Shown: one piece after another, positions 38,490-51,500 of the stretch
Layout of the letters: the number at the start of each line of letters is the position of its first letter
Numbering within the stretch: position 1 is the first letter of the stretch
The notes under the pieces: generated by a model
The model's database searches: none
What the model was told of the DNA's origin: nothing
Seen by the model: the letters and a program-made list of their open reading frames with translations, nothing else
Made by a program: the position numbers and the translations under genes
Assembly: GCF_963921235.1 (NCBI RefSeq)
Contig: NC_086100.1
Span: forward strand, 201,626,001 to 201,690,000
DNA length: 64,000 nucleotides
Direction of reading: 5' to 3'
Source of the DNA: Mobula hypostoma
Lineage: Eukaryota

Positions 38490-38851
38490 TTAAGAGAAAT
38501 GACTGAAAAGAGTAAATCGGACTTAAAAGTAAAATGAAAACTGGTAACTGAAAATAAACTAGGCGGAATAACTTGAATGATAGCAATATGGTCGAGACAT
38601 AAATAGGAGAAAATTCTCTATGATTATTCAAACTGCTGAGGGCCCTCTAACACAGGGTGAAGATAGAGGTTATCCCTCTGAACTGAGGCGGGTCGGTGCT
38701 CAGGCCTCACTGTGGGAAGTCGGGAAAAATTTTCAAATGTTATACGTTCAGAAATGTCTAGGGTGTGGTTATATGTCTTGGTTTACTGTTGAGAAGGGAT
38801 TGCTTACTGTTTGGTTAGAAAAGGAGAGTGCTTTTTTTCTACTAGAGAAAA

Positions 38852-41800
38852 ATGCAAACTGAATTGGTAAAAATAATTTCCTATAATGTTAATGGGGTTT
38901 TGAATCCAATTAAAAGAAATAAGATTATGTCTAAATTGAAAAAAGAGAGGCCACAAATAGCTTTCCTCCAGGAAACACATATGAGCCAATCTGAACATGG
39001 AAAATTAAAAAGAATGGGCTTTAAGCATGTATTTTATTCATCATATAAATTGAGTCACAAAAGAGGGGTAGCTACTTTAATATCAAGTACTCTTAATTAT
39101 GAACATATTTCAGAGACTAGAGACAAAGAAGGACGGTTTGTAAAAATCACAGGAAGAATAGAAGGTACAGAAATAACATTGCTGAATGTTTATGCTCCTC
39201 CAGGTAGTGAATGGTCATTTTATAGACACATTTTTGACCTAATGGTCAGTTCTCGAGGGGTAGTAATTTGTGGAGGGGATTTTAATATTAGATTAAATCC
39301 TATATTAGATTCTTCAAGAATAGTTACTCAGAATAAACCTCTGACTCGGAAAGTGAATTTATTGATGGAGGAGTTGGGAATTATAGATGTCTGGAGGGAA
39401 TTACACCCTACTAGTAAAGATTATACATATTACTCTTTCCCTCATTCAGCCTATTCAAGGATAGACTATTTCTTTATCTTTAATACAGATAGACTCAGGA
39501 TAAAAAACTGTAATATTGCAACAATTGATCTGTCGGATCATAGCCCAGTCTCTATGTCTCTAATCCTGGAAAGGAAAATGAGGAAAACACTATGGAGGCT
39601 AAACTCACATATACTCAATAACCCGAAAGTAATGGAGAGATTAAGGGGAGAAATCAAAGAATATCTAGACCTTAATGACACGGGAGAAACATCACCAGTG
39701 ATTTTATGGGATACATTGAAAGCTGTACTGAGAGGGAAAATTATTTCCATTACTACTCACATGAAAAAAATCAATGCACAAAAATTAGCAGACCTTCAAG
39801 GAAAATTAAAACAACTTCAAGTTGTAGATAGCAACAAAAGTAATTCAAATCGAAAACAGGAAATTAGGAAATTGCAAAGTGAAATTGATGATATTTATAC
39901 GTTGGAAACTCAAAGAAATTTTCTTTACCCGAGACAAAAGAATTATGAAGTAGGAGGTAAATCAGCTAGATTATTAGCATATAAATTACGAAAACAACAA
40001 GCAGACAATACAATTCATAAAATAAAGAATCCAAAGACAAAGCTTGTGGAGAGTACAATAGGGAAAATTCAAGAGAGTTTTGAAACATATTATTGAGAGC
40101 TGTACTCCCAACCCCGGGCCCCCAGTGAGCCCTATATAGACAGTGTATTGAATTTTTTTAGATCTACCTAAACTTACAGATTTACAAAATGAAAGTTTAT
40201 TAGAACCAGTAACTGTCAAAGAACTGAACGTGGCCATCTCTAGGTTAAAGGCTGGAAAGTCCCCGGGTTCTGATGGGTTTACCTCAGAGTGGTACAAGTC
40301 CCTGAAGACACAGTTAGCCCCATTACTACTTAACACCTTTAATTGGATCTTGCAGAGAGGAGAAACTCCACCTTCCTGGAGAGAAGCGATTATTTCGGTT
40401 ATTCCTAAAGAGGGTAAAGATAAACTAGAATGTGGCAATTATTGGCCAATTAGTGTTCTTAATTTAGATTACAAACTATTTACATCTATATTAGCGCGCA
40501 GATTGGAAAAGCTTTTACCTGGCCTAATCCATTTAGACCAGACTGGATTTATTCAACAAAGACAAACACAGGACAACATAAGGAGAACTCTGCACATATT
40601 AGAACAGGTTAATAAGAACGAGACAGAGACAATGGTAGTAGGATTGGACGCTGAGAAAGCTTTTGATTCGGTTAGTTGGGCATTCCTATACAGAGTGTTA
40701 GGAAGATTCGGCTTTCAAGAAAGGTTTATTAAAGTAATTCAGACTCTATATGACAGCCCTACAGCCCGAATTAAGATAAATGGGGACCTCTCTGACTCCT
40801 TCATTTTAGAGAGAGGCACTAGACAGGGATGCCCAATTTCTCCTCTCCTTTTTGCGCTATATATTGAACCACTTGCCCAACTAATAAGACAGAGCGAAAT
40901 CGTAAAAGGTATCAAGGTGGCGGGGATTGAACAGAAAGTGGCGTTATTCGCAGATGATGTTTTGGTCTATCTGAGTGAACCAGAAAAATCATTTATAGGA
41001 TTGTTTATACTGTTGGATGACTTTGGGAAAATATCAGGTTATAAAATAAATGTAAAGAAAACGCAGGTTATGTCCCTAAATTATACACCATCCAAAAAAT
41101 TGCAGGATACATACGATCTTAAGTGGGAAGCTAAATCATTAAAATATTTAGGAATAACCCTGCCGAAGGATCTTTCAACACTGTCACAGGTAAATTATGG
41201 GCCATTAATCTCAGAGATAAAAGCAGATATGCATAGATGGAATCTTATCCCCTCTTTAAGTTTAAATTCAAGGATAAATACTATAAAAATGAATATTCTT
41301 CCTCGGTTATTATATCTTTTCCGCACTTTACCAGTGGAGGTGGATGATAATCAATTCAGGGAATGGGACAAATGGATTTCCCGCTTCATTTGGCAAGGAA
41401 GGAAACCTAGAATTCGATATAACACCTTACAGTTAGGGAAGGAAGGAGGAGGTATGGTTCTTCCTTGCCTGAGAAATTATTTTTATGCCTCACAGATAAC
41501 CCCTCTGTTATATTGGTGTAATAGGGACTATAAGGCTAGATGGAAGGAAATAGAATTTGGATTAGTTGACAGTTTTCCTCTTCAGGCCTCAATAGCTGAC
41601 AAAGGATTGATGGCCCAGTTGGAAAAATTTAATAATGCTTGGATAAATCTTACATTAAAAGTATGGCAGAAGGTGGTTAATTCATGTGGAATTAATAACA
41701 TGTTAAAACTCTTTAGATGGTGTGCATATGATACCGAATTCCTTCCCAACAGAGGAGATAAAAGATTTGAGCTATGGATAAAGAAAGGTCTTACAACCTA

Positions 41801-42626
41801 CCTCTCATTTATAGATAAAAGAGTATTACAAAGTTTCCAAATCCTGCAGGACAAACATGGCCTAGAACATAATGACTTTTTTAGGTACCTTCAAATACGA
41901 AACTATGTTAACCAGAGTTGTAGATATACAGACCTATCAACGGTAGAATTAGAATTTTTCAAGATTCTGAATTCGGCTTGCAGTTCAATACCTAGTAAAT
42001 CAGTTTCTCGCCTATATAATGCACTCTCCCATGCTAAAAATGTAAATACACTGTATATTAAAGAGAAGTGGGAGAAAGAAGCGGGGTTGGTACTTTCAGA
42101 GGAGGCTTGGGGGAAAATATGCAGCTTTCAATGGTCCTCGACTAATTCTTTGACTTGGAGAGAACATTGTTGGAAGAACATTATAAGATACTTCAAGACC
42201 CCATATCAGGAAAAATATAAAGATACAAATGTGATGTGTTGGAGAAGGTGCGGCTCCAAGGAGGCAAATCATTTTCATATTTTCTGGGATTGCCCTAAAT
42301 TAAGTCTATTTTGGGAAGGTATTCATAGAATATTAGTTAAGGTACTTAGGTCCCAGATACCTCTGAACTTTGAGACGCTCTATTTGGGGCATGTGTTGTT
42401 CCTTGAACAGAAGGAAGATATAAAGTTGCTGCAGGCCCTCTTAGCGGCAAGTAAGAAATCAATCACTAGAAAATGGCTAAATCCAATACCACCTACATTA
42501 GAAGATTGGTACGAAATTATCTTGGAAATATTTAAAATGGAAAAGTTGACTTACTCCCTGAGAACTCAAAAAGAAACATTTTATCAAATCTGGAATAAAT
42601 GGATGGAATATATAACCCCAATGTGA
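38852..42626 (+). pseudogene. L1 ORF2p (APE endonuclease, RT, CCHC) with one stop (40094-40096) and one +1 frameshift (T-run 40153-40159)
   Basis: SYNVNG, LQETH, GGDFN, SRIDY, SDHSP; KSPGSDG, DAEKAFD, GTRQGCP, FADD; CWRRCGSKEANHFHIFWDC. Confidence 0.93.
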
Positions 42627-44747
42627 GCAGACTTTAGATGACTCTCCTAATGATTTATATTGCTCTTCTCATCAACACAGTAATATTGCTAACGTAAGCA
42701 CCCCTAGTCTAAATGTTTGGTTTTTTTTTGGAAAATAGAGAATTAACACAAGTTAAGGGAAAGATTTGGGAAAGGGATAAAAAAAAATGAAAAAATTAAG
42801 TAAATAAGTACATAGGGATTGGATAATTATGTCTGCGGGCAGGAACAAGCACGAACAAATTGGGATATAAACACCTACAATGGTTGGTATATAGGCTTGT
42901 ATGCAACCTTTTGGACCAGTGGAAATGGTCCAGAAGGGTTGTATGGAAACTATTATTACCATTTTTCTTAACAACTTATTTCATTACTTAGCCTAATAGG
43001 TTAGATTTACCACAGTACATAATTATCTATTTAAATGTTTATTTTCCTTTTATATCATCTCAATGTGTACTTAAGAATGTATAAATAATTGTAGTTTTAT
43101 ACATATAAAAAAATGGAAAAGGTTATATGTGTGAAAAAAGTGCATGTTAATTGTGAATTCCTTATCCAAATAAAAATAAAATTAAAAAAAAAAGGAACAT
43201 AGATTGTTCCACAAACCCAACTAAAGGGCAGGCATAGCTAGGACCCATACGGGTACCCATGGCTACACCTTTAGATTGGAGGAAGTGGGAGGAGCCAAAG
43301 GAGAAATTATTAAGAGTAAGGACTAATTTCGCTAGATGGAGCAGAGTGGTGGTAGAGGGGAACTGGTTAGGTCTGGAATCCAAAAAGAAGCAGAGAGCTT
43401 TGAGACCTTCCTGATGGGGGATGGAAGTATATAGCGACTGGACATCCATGGTGAAAATAAAGCAGTGGGGGCCAGGAAACTTAAAATCATCGAAAAGTTT
43501 AAGAGCGTGAGAAGTGTCATGAACATAAGTAGGAAGGGATTGAACAAGGGGGGATAAAACCATGTTGAGGTATGCAGAAATGAGTTCGGTGGGGCAGGAG
43601 CAAGCTGAGACAATAGGTCTGCCAGGACAGGCAGGTTTGTGGATCTTGGGTAGGAGGTAGAAATGGGAAGTGCAAGGTGTGGGAACTATAAGGTTGGTAG
43701 CAGTGGATGGGAGATCCCCTGAGCAGATAAAGTCGGTGATGGTGTGGGAGACAATGGCCTGGTGCTCCTTAGTGGGGTCACGATTGAGGGGTAAATAAGG
43801 GGTAAATGAAACCCAACAGAACCCATTTTTAAAAAGACCATTAAAACACCCAATGTGCAGGGGGGAAAAATCCTGCGAGCAATAAAAGCAAGCAAGTACC
43901 ATTCAGAATTGAAATTCACAAAAGTGAGTCCACAGCCACAAAACCAATCACAGCCGATCCAGGAGCCTGCCACAGCCTCAGTTCAGTGCAGAGATGAGTA
44001 AACCCCATGGAGCAATGAGCTAAACACTGGCCCATCCCTCATCTCCTGCCCTGACACCCCGACCTTTTCAATCTGGCCTGGCACTTAAATTGGCTAAACC
44101 TAAGTTCGTTCCTTGTTCATGGACCTGGGCCCTGCCACTTCGGTTTGGTCTATACCTGACCTTCCTAATCTGGCCCGGTGCTTAAATCTGTTAAGCCTCT
44201 GGTCACCTCTCGCTGTTGGACCTGGGCCCCACTGACTTATAGTCCATACCTGACCTTTCCAATCTGGCCTGGCACTTTAACTGGCCAAACAGCGGGTTGT
44301 TCTTGCTCTCAGCCCTGGGCCTCACTGCCTTGGTTTGGCCTGTGCATGCCACACTGCATGCCTCCTGCACATTTGAGACTTCACACTGCAAAAACGCTCG
44401 GTCAAACAGTCAGTTCAAAAGCTCAACTCCAAAAGGGAGGTTACAGGCTATTGATTGCAGTGTCAGCAAGTTTTCGCTGTACTTCACCAGCACCACCTTC
44501 CCACTACTGATGTCAGGCTCATTGGCCTATAATTTCCTGGCTTATTCTTAGAGCCTTTCTTAAACAATGGAACAATGTTAGCTGTCCTCCGATCCTCTGG
44601 TACCTCACCTATGGCTAAGAACATTTTAAATATATCTTCTAGGGACCCTGCGATTTCTGCACTAGCCTCCCACAGGGTGCAAGGGAACATGTGGTCAGGC
44701 CTTGGGGTTTACCCATTTACTTTGCCTCAAGACAGCAAACACCTCCT

Positions 44748-47700
44748 AGACACTAGACACTAGAATACTAGAGCACAGTACAGGCGCTTTGGCCCTCGAT
44801 GTTGTGCCGACCCATGTATTCCTTAAAAAAGTACTAAACCCACACTACCCCGTAACCCTCTATTTTTCTTTCATCCATGTGCCTGTCCAAGAGGCTTTTA
44901 AATACCCCTAATGTTTTAGCCTCCACCACCATCCCTGGCAAGTCATTCCAGGCACCCACAACCCTCTATGTAAAAAAACTTACCCCTGATGTCTCCCCTA
45001 AACTTCCCTCCCTTAACTTTGTACATATGCCCTCTGGTGTTTGCTATTCATGCCCTGGGAAACAGGTACCGGCTATCCACCCTATCTATGCCTCTCAATA
45101 TCTTGTAGACCTCTATCGAGTCCCCTCTCATCCTCCTACGCTCCAAAGAGAAAAGTCCCAGCTCTGCTAATCTTGCCTCATAAGACTTCTTTTCTAATCC
45201 AGGCAACATCCTGGTAAATCTCCTCTGCACCCTCTCCATAGCTTCCACATCCTTCCTATAGTGAAGTGACCAGAACTGAACACAATACTCTAAGTGTGGT
45301 CTCACCAGAGATTTGTAGAGTTGCAACATGACCTCTCTACTCTTGAACTCAGTCCCCCTATTAATGAAGTCCGACCTTGAGGGATGTATGGATTTGAACC
45401 CCATGGCCCCTCTGTTCATCCACACTCTTAAGTAACCGACCATTAACCCTGTACTCAGCCTTCTGGTTTGTCCTTCCAAAATGCATCACCTCACACTTAT
45501 CCAGATTGAACTCCATCTGCCACTTTTCTGCCCAACTCTGCATCCTGTCTATATCCTGTTGTAACCTTTGACAACCTACAGCTCCATCCACAACTCCTCC
45601 AATCTTCGTGTCATCTGCAAACTTACCCGTCCTTCCGCCTCTTCATCCAGGTCATTTATGAAAATCACAAAGAGCAGGGGTCCCAGGACTGATCCTTGCG
45701 GCAACTCCACTAGTCACCGACCTCCAGGCAGAATACTTTCCTTCCACTACTACCCTCTGCTTTCTTCCCGTAAGCCAATTTTTTATCCAAACAGTCAAGG
45801 TTCCACTGATTCCATGCCTCTTGAGTTTCTGGATGAGTCTCTCCTGAGGGGGACCTTGTCAAATGCCTTGCTAAAATCCATGTAGACCACATCTACCACC
45901 CTACCCTCATCAATTTCTTTTGTTACTTCTTCAAAAAACTCACTTAGGCTCGTGAGGCACGACCTTCCCTTCACAAAGCCATGTTGACTATCCTTAAGTA
46001 GATTGTACTTATTCAAATGCTTGTAGAATCTACACTTTTCCAGTAGTTTGCAGACCACCGACGTAAGACTGACTGGTCTATATTTCCCAGGATTCTCTCT
46101 ATTACCTTTTTTAAATGAGGGAACTACATTTGCCATTCTCCAATCCTCCGGCACCTCCCCTGCAGCCAAAGAGGATTCAAAGATCATAGCTACTGCTCCA
46201 GTGATCTCTTCCCTCACTTCCCACAGCAACCTGGGGTACATCACGTCCGGCCCTGGGGACTTGTCAATCTTGATGTTTTTAAGAAGATCCAACACTTCTT
46301 CTTCCTTAATCTCCACATTGTCCAGCACACAGGCCTGTTCTATTTCGACCTCACCCTGATCAAGGTCCTTTTCACTTGTGAATACTGAAGCAAAGTATTC
46401 ATTTAGGACCTCCCCCACCTCTGCCTCCAGGCTCAAGTTACCTTCTTTGTCCTTTAGCGGCCCCACCTTCATTCCTGTCATCCTTCTGTTCCTCACATAG
46501 GCATAGAATGCCTGGGGTTCTCCTTAATCCTACATGCCAAGGCCTTCTCATGCCCCCTTCGAGCTCTCCTACGTCCTTTCTTAAGCTCCTTCCTGGCTAC
46601 CCTATATTCCTCATGAGCCCCTCCTGCTTCCTATATCTAACATATGCTTCCTTCTTCCTCTTGACAAGTTGCCTCACGTGTTTCGTCAGCCACAGTTCCC
46701 TTTTCCTACCATTTTTTTCCTTATCTCGGTGGGACAAACCTATCCTGAACCCAACACAAGTGGTCCCTAATCTTCCCCCACATTACTTCTGTGCTTCCAC
46801 CCTTGAACATCTGTTTTCAATTTACTCTTGCTAGTTCCTGCCTCACCCCTTCATAGTTAGCCCTTCCCCAGTTAAGCACTTTCCCATTTTGTCTGTTTTT
46901 ATCCTTTTCCATAGCTATGCTGAAGCTAAGGGAGTTGTGGTCACTCTCACCAAAATGCACCCCCACCAAGAGGTCTGCCACCTGACCAGGTTCATTACTC
47001 AGAACTAGATCCAGTACGGCCTCTCCTCTCGTTGGTCGGTCCACATACTGTGTCAGGAATCCTTCCTGAACACAGCTGACAAATTCAGCCCCATCTATCC
47101 CCCTTGCAGTAAGGAGGTGCCAGTCAATATGAGGGAAGTTGAAATCACCCATAACTACAACCCTGCATTTCCTGCACCATTCTAAAATCTGCCTGCTTAT
47201 CTGCTCTTCGGTGTCCCCAGGGCTATTTGGGGACCTATAGACTACTCCCAGCCAATGTTCCCTCTAATTTTTAGTAGTCAGTGTGTGCAAAAATCTTATG
47301 TTGTGCAAATTTTTTTTCCTGTGACAAAAGTATGTGCACACATGGCACAGTTTATGTAGGTTTACAAAATATTTGACACAAAACTGCACAGAATAACAAC
47401 AAAATAACATATTTAAGTCACTCAGTTATTTTTCTCTCTCCTGTCTTTGGCATTTCAATAAGTATAAATATTAATTACTACATTATTTTAGGTAACTAAC
47501 CTTTTGTGCGCACATTAATTTCCTTTGTGCGCTGGTTGAAAAATGTGTGTGCACACGCACAGCTTAGAGGGAACATAGCTCCCAGCACAGTGATTGATCC
47601 CACCTAAACCCCGGTACCTGCATCAGCCAATCCTGCTCTTCCTCCAGCCAAGTTTCAGTAATGGCCGCAACATCGTAGTTCCACATACTGATCCATGCTC

Positions 47701-47990
47701 TAAGCTCATCCCCTTTATTCCTAATACTCCTAGCGTTGAAATAGACACATTTCAACCCCTCTAACTGGCTACATTTATGTTTTGTCCCCTGCCTGTCCTT
47801 CCTCACCAACTCAGAACACATAGCATCATGCCTTGTCCTTCTACCCTAATCTCTGCACTCACATTCTGATTCCCACCCCCCTGCCAAACTAGTTTAAACC
47901 CTCCTCAACAGCTCTAGCAAACCTGCCTGCCAGGATATTGCTCCCTTTCCGGTTCAGGTGCAGCCCGTCCTCTTTGTACAGGTCAGACCT
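44748..47990 (-). mobile_element. CR1 LINE (end of ORF1, endonuclease, RT, tail) inserted in an older CR1
   Basis: LKCVYFNARSIRNK...ITETWL, GDFNFP, SDHNSL, MDFSKAFDKVP, VQRRFTRMLPGL; (AGTGTCT)n-type tail at ~44748-44770. Confidence 0.92.
47253..47578. mobile_element. hAT-family MITE, 326 bp
   Basis: TIR CAATGTTCCCTCTAA / TTAGAGGGAACATAG; 8-bp TSD CTCCCAGC (47245-47252 and 47579-47586). A related single end lies at ~25410. Confidence 0.9.
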
Positions 47991-48542
47991 TCCCTCCTCC
48001 TGTGTAATCTGTATGAATTTGATGCTGCTTTGCCTCACATCGATGGACTCTGTGTCTGTCTCCCAAGTAACTATTTAAGATTGCCCCCACCCCTTTCTGC
48101 TCCATGCATAGATTATCGTTCTGATCTTCCAGAGGGTCAATTTTGTGCCTTACCATCCTTTTGCTCTTAATATATCTGTAGAATCCATTGGATTCTCCTT
48201 TACCTTGTCTACTAGAGCAACCTCTTTCTTTTAGCCCTCCCGATTTCCTTATTAAGTGTTTTCTTGTATTTCTTATACTCAAGTACCTCATTTGCCTATA
48301 CCTACACCTATAATAGTCTATACTTTTACTCCTTCTACCGATTTGTATGACCATACACTTTCTTACACTGTATTCTATTTGCCACTTCTTTGCCCGTTGT
48401 CCAAATATGTCTAATTCTTTCAGACTCCCTACTTCTTCAATACTACTTGCCCCTCCGCTGATACTTCTGATTTTTCTCAAGTGTTCTTTTGCATTTTTTC
48501 TACCCCTCAAGAGACTCATTTGATTCTAACTGTCTATATCTG

Positions 48543-51500
48543 TGTAACCCCCTGGTTCAGCTGGCTGCATTAGTCTAGGGGAAGACAGTCTATCCCCACC
48601 AAACTAGTGAAATCTCATTTGGGTGGATGCTGTATGATGTGTTCCCCTGTTATAAATCGGTACCACGAAATAACAAACAGTACACCATATGCAATTGAAG
48701 GATTTAACTTTATAATTCTTAATTTGACTGGAGGGTTAGTAAAGAAAACAGGCTAGAGACCACCCTATGGGTGATAAGGTGTAGTCCTCGACATCTAGAT
48801 TCTGAGCATGCTCAATAACTCATGTTTTGACATCTCATCCCTGATCACTGTGTATCTGCCTAGGAGCCCATAATAAATGAAATACTTCTCCCATAACACT
48901 TTGGCCACCGTGGACTCCCTCTGGTCCTTGGTAGGGAAAGCCTGCACATATCTGGTGTAGTGATCCGTGATGACTGAGACTTTCACTGTGTTGCTGGCAT
49001 CTGGCTCTATTGACAGGAACTCCATACACACCATGTCCAGGGGCCCTGCACTCTGCAAGTGGGACAAGGGAGCTGTTCTCATAGGCAGCATCTCCCACTC
49101 TTCATCCCTGTCCAGTCCTTCGTGCGCACATTGGGATAGAACACCAGCATCAATGTTCCTACTTCCTGGCCGGTACTTCAGGTTGAAATCATAGGCAGAC
49201 GATGCCGCCAACCACCGATGGCCTGTGGCATCCAGTTTTGCCAAGTTCAGGATATAAGTTAGGGGATTGTTGTCCATCTTCACCTCAAACTTGGCGCCAT
49301 AGAAGTGGTCACTCAACTTATCCACCACAGCCCATTTCAGCACCAGAAACTCCAAGTTGTGCATGGGATAGTTTTTCTCAGGGGCGACAGACTCTGGCTG
49401 ACAGATGCAACAGATCTCAACCCAGTGCCCTGATCCTGATACAGGACACTCCCTAAGCCCTCTCTGCTGGCATCAGTATGCAGTACATCTGGCAATTGGG
49501 GGTCTGCAAAAGCCAGTACAGGTGCCTGGGTCAGCATCTCCTTCAGCGACTGGAAAGCCTCTTCGCTTTTCACATCCCACCTCGCTCCAAAAGGCTCTTT
49601 ACCCTCCTTTCCTTTTATCCTCCTCCCTTTCTTCCCTAAGGGAGGGTAACCACACAGAAGCTGATTTAAAGGGTGACACTTCCGCGTAGCCCTTCATGAA
49701 CCTCGAATAGTAACCACAGCGCTGACAGTCTGGGGCCTTGGCCAGGTGGTCACCGCCTCTAGCTTAGCTGGATGCGTAGCTACTCCATCCCGTGAGACAA
49801 AGTGCCCAGCATAGCTGACAGACGTCTTGCAGAACTGGCACTTGTCCAGGGAAAGTTTTAACTCTACAGCTTTCAGGCAGCCTAGCACCTTCAGTAACAT
49901 CTCTTCATGCTTTTCCAAGGTGGACCCAAACACTATGAGGTCATCCAGATACACCAATACCTCAAGCAAGTTCATATCCCCCATAGTTTTCTCCATAACA
50001 TGCTGGAAGGTTGCAGGGGCTCCTGATATGCCCTGGAGCATACTTTTGAACTAGAAGAATCCCAGTGATGTCTTCCCTTTGTTGGCCTCACTCATGGGGA
50101 TCTGATAATGTCCACTCCTCAAGTCCAGCACGCTGAACCACTTCGCACCACTCAGACAGACCAATCCTCGGGTCAGTATACTGGTCAGGGATGGTACGCC
50201 TGTTCAGAGTCCTATAGTCCACACATATCCGTACCTTCCCATTCTTCTTCCTGGCCACTACTGTTGGGGACGCATGGGGCTTCGGGACACAGTGATAGTC
50301 CCAGCTTCCTTCAATTTACACAAATGCTGCCGAACATCTGCCACCTCTGCAGGGGCTAGTCACTGTGACCTCTCTGAATGGGGTGTCTGCAGTCACCCGG
50401 ATAGTGTGACGGGTGCTCTTAGAGCAATCCACACCAAACTCATCAGTGGAAAAGATACCTTCCAGCTTCAACATCTTCTCTATCAACCTCCAACCTGCAG
50501 ATACCAGGAAGTCCCTGAAGTTGAATGACTCAGTGGTCAACTTTCCCCCTTTTTCCAATAGTTTCTCCCCGGCTTGTTTCACGGGGACACTGGACATTAC
50601 TGTCACCGGGAAAAGATGTGCCGGGTCATCCCCCGCTTGAAGGTGTCCTCCCTCTTCGTAGTGTTCCTGGCAATCACTGCCATCCTGTTTGCCTGTACAA
50701 TCAAGGGCTTCTGCAGTTCAGGCCTCACCAGTACCCCAGCAGGTAATCCAGATTCCTCCTCATGGTCTTCTGGAGCATCCACTAAGAGGGCCTTGCCCTA
50801 GGGTATTCTGGGAAATCTGGGGTTTCCCATTGCTCTCACTACTTCCCCAGGCTGTAACACGACTGGTTTTGACTGGGTGAACCACAGTTCCTTGTCTAAA
50901 CTCATTATCTGGCCCAATGCAGCCATGCACTTCCTCAAAAGCAGCTGGAAACACCAGGTGAATGGACAATGATCTCAGGAAGCTTCCTCCTTGTGGGCTC
51001 CCATGGGCCTCCTCACAATAGGAGTGATGGTCCCCCATAAGAATTGAAACGCCTCTCTACTCAAAAGGGTCCGGACAAACTAGTGCTAATGTACCAAGGG
51101 CTTCGGCCACTCCCACATCAGCCTCCAAAAGCTCCAGCTTCACTGACAAATAACCATCATGTTGATAATCACCTGCACTAAGACCCCGGTTCTCTAGTGC
51201 ACTGAACGGCATCAATGGTAAATGCGTCAAATACTGTTTGTGAAATGAACGGTACAGCAGAGTGACCTGCGACTCTGTGTCAAGTATGGCTCAAGCATAA
51301 ATACCCTCTATCTGTAGCGATACTCTGGAGCTTGGCCCCACTAAGCCTTCAGGAATAGGGTTCTTTGATACATTGCTGGGAATAGATCCCCCCAATACGC
51401 CAGGCCATCCCCTCCCTGGGTTTCTTTTAAATTTTCTCGACGTCTCTCTTTGTTTAAATGCCCAGAGGCTCACTCTCTGAAGGGTTTCCCATCGTTCACA

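Larger units (their letters stand above)
37367..43193 (+). mobile_element. Full-length L1-clade LINE (5.8 kb)
   Basis: Starts GGGGGGACTTCCGG with an ATGGCG motif; ORF1, ORF2, 3' UTR, AATAAA and poly(A); 17-bp TSD GGAACATAGATTGTTCC at 37350-37366 and 43194-43210. Confidence 0.97.
35846..43807 (-). mobile_element. Young 5'-truncated Penelope-like (Neptune-type) retroelement, interrupted by an L1
   Basis: RT (YLLPKIHK..PGRPIVS, TMDVQSLYTSIP, GVAMGTRMGPSYA | LRYIDD) and GIY-YIG (VIYCVRC...LLYIGET...LGSLQPDGMN); 14-bp TSD GAAACCCAACAGAA at 35832-35845 and 43808-43821. Confidence 0.93.

Noticed and set aside
43194..43800. Telomerase RT or group II intron RT
   Set aside because: Joined to a GIY-YIG domain and multicopy in the window, which is diagnostic of Penelope-like elements.
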